IMG/VR virus record: IMGVR_UViG_3300021956_000014
DNA: 64,000 nt
Source of the DNA: a virus
Reading direction: 5' to 3' (one strand)
Part shown: one piece after another, positions 17,981-27,546 of the stretch
How positions within the stretch are numbered: position 1 is the stretch's first letter
How the letters are laid out: each line of letters opens with the position of its first letter
The notes under the pieces: model-generated
The model's database searches: none
Seen by the model: only the letters and a program-made list of their open reading frames with translations
What the model was told of the DNA's origin: nothing
Position numbers and translations under genes: made by a program

Positions 17981-18668
17981 GCTGTAATTTATTCAAAGTA
18001 GTCTGAGTTTTTTCTGTTACTACTCCAGTAATCTGAAATGTAACCCTAGGATGAAACCCAGCATTAGCGGTACAATGAGGAATGTTAGCCCAATCAAACG
18101 TAGTTATATCCCCGGCCCGCCACTGATAATAGTGATAATTACCATATTCCCAAAATTGTCCAGGAGCCCAATCAGTTAACTGTATCATTATACGCATAAC
18201 GCTTGCGGGATTGTTAGGAGCCCATTTTTGTAGTTTGTCTAAATGCAAATTCCAAACTTCACCGGGCATTTGTACATGAATACGATTCATACAATCTTCG
18301 AGGCCGAATTCGTCGCTTAACTTTTGTAGACTGCTAGGTATGCGCCAATTAAGATGCGTAATTGGTAAATCTTTACTCATACCATGTCTGATCAAATCGT
18401 ATTCTTCCATAGCAAGATCTTCTCTAGGAGCTTCTATACCCTCTCCCTTGTAACCGCGTGTAGCCCATGTTGCAGGCCTAGCATTGTCAACAATAGCACT
18501 TAAATCATCAATCCAAGTCGGTTCTACATAGCCTAAGTATTGCATGACGTCGTTGGGATTATCTTGACGCTTTGAGTCAAAATGATAATTACTTTTTGCT
18601 TTTGATGTTTCCCAGTTGCTTAACATATTACTTCTACCCTTACATCGCTTACGCCATAATTTTGCCAA
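17973..18668 (-). CDS. cupin-fold oxygenase, aspartyl/asparaginyl beta-hydroxylase (LpxO)-like
   Basis: 231 aa; PGEVWNLHLD ... DITTFDWANIPH ... spacing resembling the HxD...H iron-binding facial triad of Asp/Asn beta-hydroxylase-family 2OG oxygenases. Confidence 0.35.
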   Translation of the reverse strand: MAKLWRKRCKGRSNMLSNWETSKAKSNYHFDSKRQDNPNDVMQYLGYVEPTWIDDLSAIVDNARPATWATRGYKGEGIEAPREDLAMEEYDLIRHGMSKDLPITHLNWRIPSSLQKLSDEFGLEDCMNRIHVQMPGEVWNLHLDKLQKWAPNNPASVMRIMIQLTDWAPGQFWEYGNYHYYQWRAGDITTFDWANIPHCTANAGFHPRVTFQITGVVTEKTQTTLNKLQHG

Positions 18669-19279
18669 TATTCGTCTGACGGTATTGATATACCCAACAG
18701 TCTTGCTAGTTGACGATTTGTGTTGGCGATTTGAGTTGGGTAGTTTAACATAGCCCCGGTTATACCATCATTTTGTTTTTTAATAATCTCTGCCATAGTC
18801 CTAAGATTTTTATAGTAGAGAGCATAGTCGGGGTAGGTAATATCAAAGTGCCCACATTTAACCCACCAACCTAAACAGCTATCGTTGTCTCTATATACTA
18901 ACACCACAGGACATTCGGGCCATAGTTCTTTCAAATAATCTATGTTGTCTCGATAGCTAAAAATATGACTTTTAATAATTCGAACACCATTGCCATTGAA
19001 TGGTCTGTCAAATAATTCCTCTGCCTGTTTTCTAGTCAAAGTCGACATACTTTCGGGTAAGTCGAATTCCATGCCCGGGTCAAAGTACGCACCTAAGTGC
19101 ATTAAATCCATAGTACCACCGGCATCGTGGTAATAGGTTCTAGCATCACTGTAGTCACTGCGATCAATGTCGGAGCTATAGTAAATGTTTTTAACAACCG
19201 AGCTCCACTTAGATCCTGGTGCACCAGCTACAAAAATGTATTTCATTCTGGTTTGATCCTTTTGGCAATGGGTTGCCAA
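18620..19279 (-). CDS. P-loop-like protein, possible sulfotransferase/kinase fold
   Basis: 219 aa; KYIFVAGAPGSKWSS resembling a 5'-PSB/P-loop and VLVYRDNDSCLGWW resembling a sulfotransferase 3'-PB (RDxxxS) element; weak. Confidence 0.3.
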   Translation of the reverse strand: MATHCQKDQTRMKYIFVAGAPGSKWSSVVKNIYYSSDIDRSDYSDARTYYHDAGGTMDLMHLGAYFDPGMEFDLPESMSTLTRKQAEELFDRPFNGNGVRIIKSHIFSYRDNIDYLKELWPECPVVLVYRDNDSCLGWWVKCGHFDITYPDYALYYKNLRTMAEIIKKQNDGITGAMLNYPTQIANTNRQLARLLGISIPSDEYWQNYGVSDVRVEVIC

Positions 19280-20199
19280 GTTTGTTGCAATCTCATCATT
19301 GAGGCACGCACACCAGCTGGAGTGTGCTCATCGGGTGTGGTGTACATCATGTTTTCACGAAACTTTTCTGCCGCTTCAGCTGAGCGTATAGCGGGTACAA
19401 AACGGTCAGCATACCATTTTTGTATGTCTTGTGGCGTGCCTGGCGGTAATACTATGTTCCAACATCCGTGTATGCTAAGTCCGGGGGCGGCCTTGCTCAT
19501 TAGCGGCGCAGATTCTAATCCTGGTAAAGGCTTTGTGTCGGCAATACCAATTAGTTTTAATTTGCCGGTTAACACATGCGGATAACCCACGGCCACTGGA
19601 GTAACTCCAAATTCTACATGCCCGCCCATAACATCTAGTAACGCTTGTGCTGGTCCTTTGTACATAACGGTTTCAACCCGGTCCCCTCCGGGTACTCGTA
19701 GTTTATCCACTAGATATTCTACTGCTAATCTATGCCCACCGCCACCGATGGCAAATGTTACAGACCGTTCCTTTTTACGAATGGCCGCAATTAATTCATC
19801 GGGGGTATTGATTGTGCTCTTAGGATTTGCCCAAAATGCCAGCGGGCTTCTAGCAATATTAGCTACAGGTTCTAGGTCCATGGGATTATATTTTACCATG
19901 TTACTGTACCATATTTCGGGTGTGACCCAGTTGCTTTGACAAGCGGGTACACTTATGGTATGTCCATCTGCAGGCATAGTTACAAAGTGATTAAGAGCGA
20001 TGTTGCCATCTGCACCCGGACGATATTCGGGATTGAATTTGGCTCCAGTCTCACGCTCTACTATACTGGCTACAATGCGAAACGATATTTCGTTTCCTGC
20101 TCCGGGACCATTGGGAAATATAACGGTCACTGGCCGTGTGGGTTGCCACGCAAAAGCCAAAGCGGGAAGTAATGCCAGCAGGGCGAGAAGTTTTTTCAT
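19243..20199 (-). CDS. TctC/Bug-family periplasmic solute-binding protein (tripartite tricarboxylate transporter receptor)
   Basis: 318 aa; signal peptide MKKLLALLALLPALAFA; EYRPGADGNIA, FAIGGGGHRLAVEYL, LLDVMGGHVEFGV matching the Bug-domain pattern. Confidence 0.65.
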   Translation of the reverse strand: MKKLLALLALLPALAFAWQPTRPVTVIFPNGPGAGNEISFRIVASIVERETGAKFNPEYRPGADGNIALNHFVTMPADGHTISVPACQSNWVTPEIWYSNMVKYNPMDLEPVANIARSPLAFWANPKSTINTPDELIAAIRKKERSVTFAIGGGGHRLAVEYLVDKLRVPGGDRVETVMYKGPAQALLDVMGGHVEFGVTPVAVGYPHVLTGKLKLIGIADTKPLPGLESAPLMSKAAPGLSIHGCWNIVLPPGTPQDIQKWYADRFVPAIRSAEAAEKFRENMMYTTPDEHTPAGVRASMMRLQQTWQPIAKRIKPE

Positions 20200-20278
20200 G
20201 TAGATTTCCTTTGATTAAATACTTATAGAAAAAATTGCACTTGGTGCAAATTTATTTATCAAATAGGAAAAATTTTTA

Positions 20279-21001
20279 ATGAATACTAAAATTTTTGCAC
20301 TCTTAACAAAAAATTTGTCTGAGGCATTTAATTTACCCAAGTACGCCAACATAGTCATAGACGAAACAACTGTAGTGGATAAACTACCCTGGACTCCTGC
20401 TCGCTATCGCAAATTTAAAGATGCGGTTGAAGCAGAATTAAGTCTACCCTGCGACTACATTGGTACTCTTAAAGATATAACACATGATTTAAGTGAGCGT
20501 TATACACATCGTTTCTTTGCAGAAATCTGGAAGCCTAGAACCAACGACTACGATTATACAGGCTGGCAATTGGTTGAAGAAGTTAATCAATTGAATCCAA
20601 AATCTGTATTAGATGTAGGCTGTGGCTACCATCCTTTTAAGGGACGTATCAACAATCTAGTAGGAATCGATCCCTACAACAACTGTGCAGACTATATGGT
20701 TGACATTTTAGAATATGTTGGCAAGCACGACGTTATCATTGCCTTGGGCAGTATTAACTTTAACAGCCGCGATGAAATTGAAGCTCGTTTTGCTCGTTGT
20801 GTTAGTATACTAGAGGAAGGTGGGACATTTTTTCTAAGAGCCAATCCAGGTATTCCTCACAAAACTGGACCATACGTTGATATATTTCCATGGACATTTG
20901 AAGTAGTTAAAGAGTTTGGTGACAAGTACAACCTTAAATTGGAAACTTTTAAGAAAGATGCCAACGATAGGTTGTACTTTGTATACTCTAAATTAGTTTA
21001 A
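20279..21001 (+). CDS. class I SAM-dependent methyltransferase
   Basis: 240 aa; motif I VLDVGCGYHPF and acidic post-I residue (GIDPY); plus strand between two minus-strand tctC-like genes. Confidence 0.55.
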   Translation: MNTKIFALLTKNLSEAFNLPKYANIVIDETTVVDKLPWTPARYRKFKDAVEAELSLPCDYIGTLKDITHDLSERYTHRFFAEIWKPRTNDYDYTGWQLVEEVNQLNPKSVLDVGCGYHPFKGRINNLVGIDPYNNCADYMVDILEYVGKHDVIIALGSINFNSRDEIEARFARCVSILEEGGTFFLRANPGIPHKTGPYVDIFPWTFEVVKEFGDKYNLKLETFKKDANDRLYFVYSKLV

Positions 21002-21003
21002 GA

Positions 21004-21924
21004 TTACTTAACTTCTATGCCTTTGGTATAATATTCAAATCGTTTAGAAGTATCTGCATACCACTTAGTAAGATCTCCTGGGTTCGACATATACGCTTCC
21101 TTGCTGGCAAAATCGGTGCGATACAAAGTTTGCACAGCTTCAGCTTTCTCGGCCTTTAAGAAAATTTGTTGCAATTCATCAACCGTTGCTTGTGGTGTAT
21201 CTTTAGGAACATAAAAAGCAAAAATACCTTGCAGTTCTATCAAGTCACTGTAACCTTGCGAAGCCAGTGTAGGAATACCTAAGAATGAGGTTTTACCAGT
21301 TAAACCAATCAATGTTGTGTCCGGCATTGCTTTAGCCTTGGCATCACCTAAGAATTCAAATGTTGCATCTGTATGCCCACCCATCACACTTAAGAAGGCT
21401 TCATTAGTGCTGGCAAAGTGAACCATTTGGACATCCTTAGTAGGATATTTTTTCTTGATATCTCTGGCTAGAGCCTCTAACATTAAATGAATGGTTGATC
21501 CTGTGCCTGCGGTGGCAAAATTAATTCGATCTTGCTTGATCAATTGGTCTAATGTTTTACCTTTGGTGATCAATGCGGCTGGGCTAATAGCCATAACCAT
21601 TACAGGTTTAAACTCCGACAACTTAAAAGTTGACTCTGGATACAAGTAAGGTCGAATAAACTGTGCCGTGCTGTTAGCATATACAACAGGACCATTTTTA
21701 TATGCTAGTGCATAACGTGCGGCAATAGATCCCCCGGCACCTGGACGGTTTTCAAAGATGAATTCATATTTGGATTGATTCTTATTTGCTTCTTCAAGGA
21801 TAGCTCGTATGTAAGTTCCTTGAGTGCTAGTAGGAATCCACCCCCAAATTGCTGGTGTTTTGATTGTTTGAGCTTGCGCTACAAAACTCGCGGCGGCAAA
21901 TAAAAGCGCCAATAGCTTTTTCAT
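21004..21924 (-). CDS. TctC/Bug-family periplasmic solute-binding protein, second copy
   Basis: 306 aa; signal peptide MKKLLALLFAAASFVAQA; ENRPGAGGSIAA, ATAGTGSTIHLMLEALA, SVMGGHTDATFE (Bug-domain pattern); RBS AAGGAAAA. Confidence 0.7.
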   Translation of the reverse strand: MKKLLALLFAAASFVAQAQTIKTPAIWGWIPTSTQGTYIRAILEEANKNQSKYEFIFENRPGAGGSIAARYALAYKNGPVVYANSTAQFIRPYLYPESTFKLSEFKPVMVMAISPAALITKGKTLDQLIKQDRINFATAGTGSTIHLMLEALARDIKKKYPTKDVQMVHFASTNEAFLSVMGGHTDATFEFLGDAKAKAMPDTTLIGLTGKTSFLGIPTLASQGYSDLIELQGIFAFYVPKDTPQATVDELQQIFLKAEKAEAVQTLYRTDFASKEAYMSNPGDLTKWYADTSKRFEYYTKGIEVK

Positions 21925-22106
21925 GTGATTTTCCTTAAATTTAATAAAGTTTGTTTTCGAACTGGAATGTATGCCCCTTTGGCATCAGTGCTGGCCTAAC
22001 TGAACAGCTAGGCAGACTAATATTTAGTCAAGTTGTAAAAAGAAAAACACATAGTTAATTCAGAATGTGACCTCTCGTTAAATACCTTTGTAAACAACAT
22101 TAAATT

Positions 22107-22919
22107 TTGGTTTACACAAAAATGCAAAGTTCAAACATTTTCAGCGTTAACAATAAGGAGAAACATTTGTCCAAACGGCGCAACAACCGAGCATTGGCTC
22201 AACAATTTCAAGACCCAACGCCAACTGTAATAAACAAACCACTTCAACTAGATCATTACAGAAAGCAACCGCGCAAAGTTCACTTAGTACCTAGAACTCG
22301 TTCTCAAGAAAGTTATTTAGAGTTACTAGACAATCCCGATAAATTAATAGTTTTTGCCACTGGCCCAGCTGGTACAGGTAAAACAATGATGGCTGTATTG
22401 GCCGCATTGCGAGCTTACCAAACAGGCGAGTGCAGTAAAATTGTCATCACACGTCCTGCCGTCGGCGTTGATGATGAAGAGCATGGATTCCTTCCTGGGG
22501 ATCTTAATGCAAAAATGGCACCATGGACTAGACCTATAATGGACTACATTGCAGAATATTATAGACCTCAGGACATTAATGCTATGCTAGAAGACCAGTT
22601 GATCGAGATTTCTCCACTAGCATACATGCGTGGACGGACATTTAAAAATGCGTGGATCATTGCAGACGAGATGCAAAACGCTACGCCAAACCAAATGAAA
22701 ATGCTGTTAACACGACTTGGTGAAGGAAGCAAACTGATTGTTACAGGCGATACTCAACAAACCGACCGCCGTGAGAGCGAAAACGGATTACTAGATTTTA
22801 AGAGGCTAGTAAAAGAGTACGAAGCCTGTCGATATGTTGCAGGTATAGAGTTTGGGGGTCGAGATATCCAGCGCCATCCTGCTGTACTAGAAATTTTAAA
22901 GATTTACAAGGAGATCTAA
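22107..22919 (+). CDS. phoH: PhoH-like ATPase
   Basis: GPAGTGKTMMAV Walker A, ...AYMRGRTF..., IIADEMQN (Walker B-like), GDTQQTD: classic PhoH; likely start TTG at 22164 preceded by AAGGAG 6 nt upstream. Confidence 0.85.
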   Translation: MVYTKMQSSNIFSVNNKEKHLSKRRNNRALAQQFQDPTPTVINKPLQLDHYRKQPRKVHLVPRTRSQESYLELLDNPDKLIVFATGPAGTGKTMMAVLAALRAYQTGECSKIVITRPAVGVDDEEHGFLPGDLNAKMAPWTRPIMDYIAEYYRPQDINAMLEDQLIEISPLAYMRGRTFKNAWIIADEMQNATPNQMKMLLTRLGEGSKLIVTGDTQQTDRRESENGLLDFKRLVKEYEACRYVAGIEFGGRDIQRHPAVLEILKIYKEI

Positions 22920-22931
22920 TATAAGTATTGG

Positions 22932-23897
22932 ATGTACAAATATTCTGACATCCGCTATGTTCATTTAGAGATATCAACCAGGTGTAACGCCGCTTGCCCT
23001 GGTTGTCCTAGAAATTTATGCGGCGTTGATGTAATCGATGATTTTCCGCTTCACGACATGACGTTGGCCGAAGCAGAACGAATATTTACTCCCAAATTCC
23101 TTCAGCAAATTAATAGGATGCACATTAATGGCAACCTCGGAGACTTTATCACAGCCCGAGATGGCCTGGCCATTGTGCGTTACTTTAGACAACACAATAA
23201 AGATCTAATAATTGACATCAGCACCAATGCTGGCGTTCGATCTGATATTTGGCCCGAGTTGGCACACTTAGGAGCCATTGTGCGTTTTTGCCTAGACGGA
23301 TTAGCGGACACACACGAACTGTATCGGCAACAAACACGCTGGTCTACTGTTATAGATAATGCCAGTCAATTTATTGCGGCAGGTGGTCATGCTATTTGGA
23401 AGATGATTAAGTTTGACCATAACCAGCATCAAGAAGCCGAGTGCAGGCAACTAAGCAAAGAGCTAGGATTCCGCGGATTTGAATTTGTTGACCATGGGCG
23501 AAATGCTTTCCCGGCATTTGATCAAAAGGGAAGATTTCGACACCACATAGGCTCTCACGATCAACCTATTGCGTTTGAACAGGTGCTATGGATACACTAT
23601 GATGGAATGGACGGACAACGAAGTTTGCCTGTAAAACCAAAAACAATTAGTTGCAAATCCGTCAACGATCGATCTGTTTATATATCAGCAACCGGAGAAG
23701 TATACCCTTGCTGTTGGCTTGGCTTTTATCCCCGCACCATGTATCATTTGGGCAATGACCGCATAGCCGAGATGTTACCTGCTAATAACAATGCATTAGA
23801 TGTTGGTATAGAGCAAGCAATTGGCTGGTTTGATCAAGTCAAAGACAGTTGGTCCGGGGACCAACTGATACAATGCAACACTGAATGTGGTAGTTAA
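22932..23897 (+). CDS. radical SAM protein with Cys-rich C-terminal (SPASM/twitch-like) region
   Basis: 321 aa; CNAACPGC (CxxxCxxC) near N-terminus; additional Cys cluster (YPCCWLG ... QCNTECGS) at C-terminus. Confidence 0.6.
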   Translation: MYKYSDIRYVHLEISTRCNAACPGCPRNLCGVDVIDDFPLHDMTLAEAERIFTPKFLQQINRMHINGNLGDFITARDGLAIVRYFRQHNKDLIIDISTNAGVRSDIWPELAHLGAIVRFCLDGLADTHELYRQQTRWSTVIDNASQFIAAGGHAIWKMIKFDHNQHQEAECRQLSKELGFRGFEFVDHGRNAFPAFDQKGRFRHHIGSHDQPIAFEQVLWIHYDGMDGQRSLPVKPKTISCKSVNDRSVYISATGEVYPCCWLGFYPRTMYHLGNDRIAEMLPANNNALDVGIEQAIGWFDQVKDSWSGDQLIQCNTECGS

Positions 23898-24478
23898 GCA
23901 GTTATAAGCTCGTATACTTGCTTCCAGTTTTTCATCACAGGAACATTCTCATGATAGAAGTGCATGTTATGACCATGTTCTATTAGAATACTACGCAGGC
24001 CCATGTGGTGCCCAACCATGGCATTTTCGGGCTTGTCTTCGACCCACCAGCAACCAGTATTCTCATATGGTTTTAAGGCATTGTTCTTGTCAGCCCCTGT
24101 AGCCAAGCATACAACTTTTTCAAATGCTGTATCTCCAAATAATTTGGCAAGGTTCATTTCACGCAATTTACCTGCGGCTGGATCTAGACTCAAACTGGTG
24201 ATGCAGTGAAACACATATCCGTGTTCTTCATGCAGTCGTTTAACATAATACATGGCATCACGCAGTGGCGGGAGGAATCCAATAGCGGCTGACTCATTGA
24301 AGATCTTAATTAACTTACGTCCTTGTTCATGATCAATGCCGTAACGTTCACCGATGTCGTAATTGAACTCACTACCGGGCACCTTACTAAAACCGTGTGT
24401 GTCCATCCAGATAGCAAATGCATATTCCCAATTAAGCAATACACCATCTGCATCTACTAGAATAACTGAATCTTTCAT
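23894..24478 (-). CDS. HAD-superfamily hydrolase, 5'(3')-deoxyribonucleotidase-like
   Basis: 194 aa; N-terminal LVDADGVLLNWE (DxDGV nucleophile motif) and WVEDKPEN resembling NT5C-family phage nucleotidases. Confidence 0.5.
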   Translation of the reverse strand: MKDSVILVDADGVLLNWEYAFAIWMDTHGFSKVPGSEFNYDIGERYGIDHEQGRKLIKIFNESAAIGFLPPLRDAMYYVKRLHEEHGYVFHCITSLSLDPAAGKLREMNLAKLFGDTAFEKVVCLATGADKNNALKPYENTGCWWVEDKPENAMVGHHMGLRSILIEHGHNMHFYHENVPVMKNWKQVYELITA

Positions 24479-24502
24479 TTTATTAAATCCTTTTCATCCA
24501 TG

Positions 24503-24901
24503 TTAGACTTTTTCAAATACTGTTATAGTTTCGAGATTGTGAATAACAAAATTGCCGCAGTTAACATGAAACTGATCAAAACTTGTAATAAGCTCCGGCT
24601 CAATGGGAAGTTGGTATGCAGTTAACCAAGTTTTAATAACACGACAAGTATCTATGTGACTAAATCGATTTAGCATGTACGATATATAATCATCTGCTAA
24701 TGCGTTCATTGCTTTAGCATCAGACTTGCACCCCACCATTTCTTCGGCCCAGCGATGGCACAATTTTTGTGGGTCTGACTTTAACATGGCCCACATGTAT
24801 TCTTGATCTTCAGTCATCCATGACCTCCAGTCGTTTAATATCTTTGAGCTTAGGCGAAATAATGTTGTGTACTGTGCCTTCGTATTTAACAGGCAAGTCA
24901 A
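24503..24901 (-). CDS. hypothetical protein
   Basis: 132 aa ORF. Confidence 0.4.
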   Translation of the reverse strand: MTCLLNTKAQYTTLFRLSSKILNDWRSWMTEDQEYMWAMLKSDPQKLCHRWAEEMVGCKSDAKAMNALADDYISYMLNRFSHIDTCRVIKTWLTAYQLPIEPELITSFDQFHVNCGNFVIHNLETITVFEKV

Positions 24902-25052
24902 CTTGGATCATAACCAATGGTGCAATTTCGCGTACAACTGATCCAATAAAAGGAATCCGATTCCAGTGACCAAATACTCTATCGCCCGAATTATACTTGG
25001 GCCGGGGCAAATCTGCGTCCCTGCGAGCAAAGTAGTCTGCTAAATTACTCAT
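24810..25052 (-). CDS. hypothetical small protein
   Basis: 80 aa ORF; overlaps the downstream gene by 92 nt in another frame, start uncertain. Confidence 0.3.
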   Translation of the reverse strand: MSNLADYFARRDADLPRPKYNSGDRVFGHWNRIPFIGSVVREIAPLVMIQVDLPVKYEGTVHNIISPKLKDIKRLEVMDD

Positions 25053-25272
25053 CTGGGTCTATCCCGCCGGCAAAGTATGCTTCTGCCAATTCTCGGGCTT
25101 CTTGCACACTTGACGCCGGCACCGTTACCAGTGCAGTTCGGTTAACAATGTGCATGGTGTAAGGTACAGTACCATAAAAGGTGAAGTTTTCGGGTACATC
25201 AATTTGAACTTCAAATTCACGTAGGCCTTTCATCCCAATTTCGATATCTTCAATAAAGTCTTTAGCATCCAT
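25045..25272 (-). CDS. hypothetical small protein
   Basis: 75 aa ORF. Confidence 0.35.
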   Translation of the reverse strand: MDAKDFIEDIEIGMKGLREFEVQIDVPENFTFYGTVPYTMHIVNRTALVTVPASSVQEARELAEAYFAGGIDPDE

Positions 25273-25273
25273 A

Positions 25274-25534
25274 TTAGATCCTTTTCAAATAAACAAAAAA
25301 GTTGTTTTTACTGCGCGGTTGCCAGCTCTTACCGCTCTTGCCACATACTTCTTCTCGCACACGGGCAACATTGCAACCTTCATAGTGACCCTTGCTGGTT
25401 GTTCCAGTAACTGGATTATACTCGGGCTCTTTCCAAGTTAGTTTACAGTTCCAAAAATAGTAATTGGTGTTAAGCATTCGGTCCAACCAGCTGGCTGTGT
25501 TGTGAACGCAATCTCTACAAGTTACTTCAGTCAT
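25274..25534 (-). CDS. Cys-rich small protein (possible zinc-binding)
   Basis: 86 aa; CRDC ... C ... C spacing. Confidence 0.35.
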   Translation of the reverse strand: MTEVTCRDCVHNTASWLDRMLNTNYYFWNCKLTWKEPEYNPVTGTTSKGHYEGCNVARVREEVCGKSGKSWQPRSKNNFFVYLKRI

Positions 25535-25994
25535 TGTTTCGTTCCATTTCTCGAGTTAATTCTGCTACCATTAAAAAATGATCGTATGCCAACCGAACCG
25601 CTGGGTTAGTTAGCAATTGATCTGCTTCCGCTATCATAGCCTTGACCGCTTCTTCGGCAACTTCTCTGGCACTGGGCAAGGTCAACATCCGTGCATCTTC
25701 ACCAAATTCTTTTACCAGATTTTCCCATGCCCGTTGTTGACCCGCTGTAATGGGTGCTCGTTTAGGACGCAAGTCGCTGGCTTTTCTTATAGCTTCACTA
25801 ATCTTATCTTCTGCTACACGACCGGCCGCAATCATTGGTGCATAAGCAGGATCAACATTGTAGCGAGTGCTTTGTCCACCCGGATAGCAAATCACAAGAT
25901 GACTACCTTTGGGGAAACTATCCATGAGTGTTTGGTCGTACTCATTCACAGGCACATACCTGCGTCCACGTTTTTCATAATAGATTTTTTTCAA
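25527..25994 (-). CDS. hypothetical protein
   Basis: 155 aa ORF. Confidence 0.4.
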   Translation of the reverse strand: MKKIYYEKRGRRYVPVNEYDQTLMDSFPKGSHLVICYPGGQSTRYNVDPAYAPMIAAGRVAEDKISEAIRKASDLRPKRAPITAGQQRAWENLVKEFGEDARMLTLPSAREVAEEAVKAMIAEADQLLTNPAVRLAYDHFLMVAELTREMERNND

Positions 25995-26212
25995 AGTACT
26001 TTACCAATCGCTGTATAAATCAACTCGTCTAATTCTCGTTGATAGTCTTGTCCCAGTCTACGCTTTTCGTAGATTTGTGTAACAAGTTCGGTGGGAGTTT
26101 CGCTTGCAACCTCAAAGCCCTTGCCCCTACGTTCAAGTTCTTCAATAAGATCATCGTCGTCGAAGTCTTCCAAATCTACATCAACTTCTACTTCTACATA
26201 AGCTGTCGGCAT
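25991..26212 (-). CDS. acidic small protein
   Basis: 73 aa; DLEDFDDDDLIEELE. Confidence 0.35.
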   Translation of the reverse strand: MPTAYVEVEVDVDLEDFDDDDLIEELERRGKGFEVASETPTELVTQIYEKRRLGQDYQRELDELIYTAIGKVL

Positions 26213-26221
26213 GTTATCTCC

Positions 26222-26578
26222 TTACCATGAACTATTATAAAACACTCGCAAGCCAGTAAACAATTCTGCTCGAGCTCTGCGAATAAATTCGAGATCTTGA
26301 TCTCGGTAGTAATCATCTGCACCGTCACCAAAGAAAAATCCCTGTGTGGCGGGCAATCGATTTTGTTCAATATCACGTTCGAGAATGTCGAGGTCTTCCC
26401 ATACCAGCTCTAGTTCAACACCGTTGAATGTTCTGTATGAGAGACCTTTCGCCTCCGCCAACTTCTCCATCCAACCATGCAGGTTAGGATGTTTGCGCCA
26501 ATAAGCGATTTCGCGTTGTTCTGTTTCCCAGTCTGCACCTGCTTTGGTGGCAGTATATGCATACATATCGAGTCCCAT
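26222..26578 (-). CDS. hypothetical protein
   Basis: 118 aa ORF. Confidence 0.4.
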   Translation of the reverse strand: MGLDMYAYTATKAGADWETEQREIAYWRKHPNLHGWMEKLAEAKGLSYRTFNGVELELVWEDLDILERDIEQNRLPATQGFFFGDGADDYYRDQDLEFIRRARAELFTGLRVFYNSSW

Positions 26579-26671
26579 GCTCTTACTCCAATAACAATGT
26601 TAACAATGACAAAATTAATGCCCAGAACATGTGTCCTGTGACTACTAAAATTATAACAGCGATCCAAGGTA

Positions 26672-27340
26672 TCATGCTACCTCCTTGACATAATTTAGGT
26701 AAGTGACTTTGCCATTGTTGTTGTAATGACTGACACTTTGTGATTTAACACGACCTTGGATGCGTCCAGTTTCGATTTTTTTCTTATTAAGGAAACCGAT
26801 CAAGTTTCCGTTGCCGTCGTGTCCCAGATGTCGAAAGCAATTATACTCGCGAACAAATCTAACAGAAATTGGGAAATAATCTAGCTCAATTTTTTCTTTG
26901 ATCCGCCCCACATACACACTGGTAATGGCATGGTGTGCAATGTTTTCTTTGTTGTCACTTTGTTGAACCATGTCAACATACAATTTTGGAGCCCAGACAA
27001 CACGACCCAAATCAAATTGATGTACATGCTCTCGGCTAACAATGGTGTTGATGTCTGCAATAAAATCGCTGGTCTCTTTACCAACCAGGGTATTCATAAT
27101 TACTTGTTGCTGAATGTACTCGGGAATAAGTTTTCCAATTTCGCGATCGGCATCCGTTACTTCAATAGGCACGGTGTTGTTGAAATGTGCAACAATTCTT
27201 TCTTTGCTAGACACCTGCTGAACCTTGGCCACAAAATCAAAATCACCGCGATTAATTCGGTTGCCCTCAAGTCTGAAAATGGCCTGTGCCACAGCCAGCA
27301 CTTCGGCGGTGTCGAATTTTGGAAAATCTTTCTTGGCCAT
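26672..27340 (-). CDS. hypothetical protein (first long gene downstream of promoter cassette P1)
   Basis: 222 aa ORF. Confidence 0.5.
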   Translation of the reverse strand: MAKKDFPKFDTAEVLAVAQAIFRLEGNRINRGDFDFVAKVQQVSSKERIVAHFNNTVPIEVTDADREIGKLIPEYIQQQVIMNTLVGKETSDFIADINTIVSREHVHQFDLGRVVWAPKLYVDMVQQSDNKENIAHHAITSVYVGRIKEKIELDYFPISVRFVREYNCFRHLGHDGNGNLIGFLNKKKIETGRIQGRVKSQSVSHYNNNGKVTYLNYVKEVA

Positions 27341-27349
27341 ATTCAGTCC

Positions 27350-27487
27350 TTAGTAATGCAACGGGTTACGACGACGAAGGTGTGCCAGGGCGGCCTCTTT
27401 AGTGTCAAAGCGACCCGAAATCGGGGTTTGGTGTGCGCCACGCACAATGAACCAACCTGACAATAAACTATTGTAAATGACTTTCAT
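27350..27487 (-). CDS. small protein (45 aa) directly downstream of promoter cassette P1
   Basis: MKVIYNSLLSGWFIVRGAHQTPISGRFDTKEAALAHLRRRNPLHY; RBS GGAGCC 7 nt upstream of ATG. Confidence 0.4.
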   Translation of the reverse strand: MKVIYNSLLSGWFIVRGAHQTPISGRFDTKEAALAHLRRRNPLHY

Positions 27488-27517
27488 TGCGGGCTCCTTT
27501 TAACTTACTATGCCACT

Positions 27518-27546
27518 ATTATACAAAAGATTCCATTTAGTGTCAA
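27518..27546 (-). promoter_or_regulatory. promoter cassette P1: perfect sigma70 consensus
   Basis: Minus strand TTGACA-17-TATAAT then AGTGGC ... AAAGGAGCC RBS ... ATG; same cassette repeated at 27889-27917 and 62786-62814. Confidence 0.55.

Noticed and set aside
20200-20278. Possible promoters for the divergent tctC/methyltransferase pair
   Set aside because: Only weak hexamer matches (TTGATT, TTGCAC) with poor -10 elements. Only the TTGCAC-N3-GTGCAA palindrome is reported, as an observation.
26410-26667. 85-aa ORF (TTG start) versus a 30-aa hydrophobic peptide starting at ATG 26675 with GGAGG RBS and ATGA overlap
   Set aside because: Neither is well supported; left unannotated. The 85-aa product looks low-complexity, and the 30-aa peptide is too short to call without other evidence.
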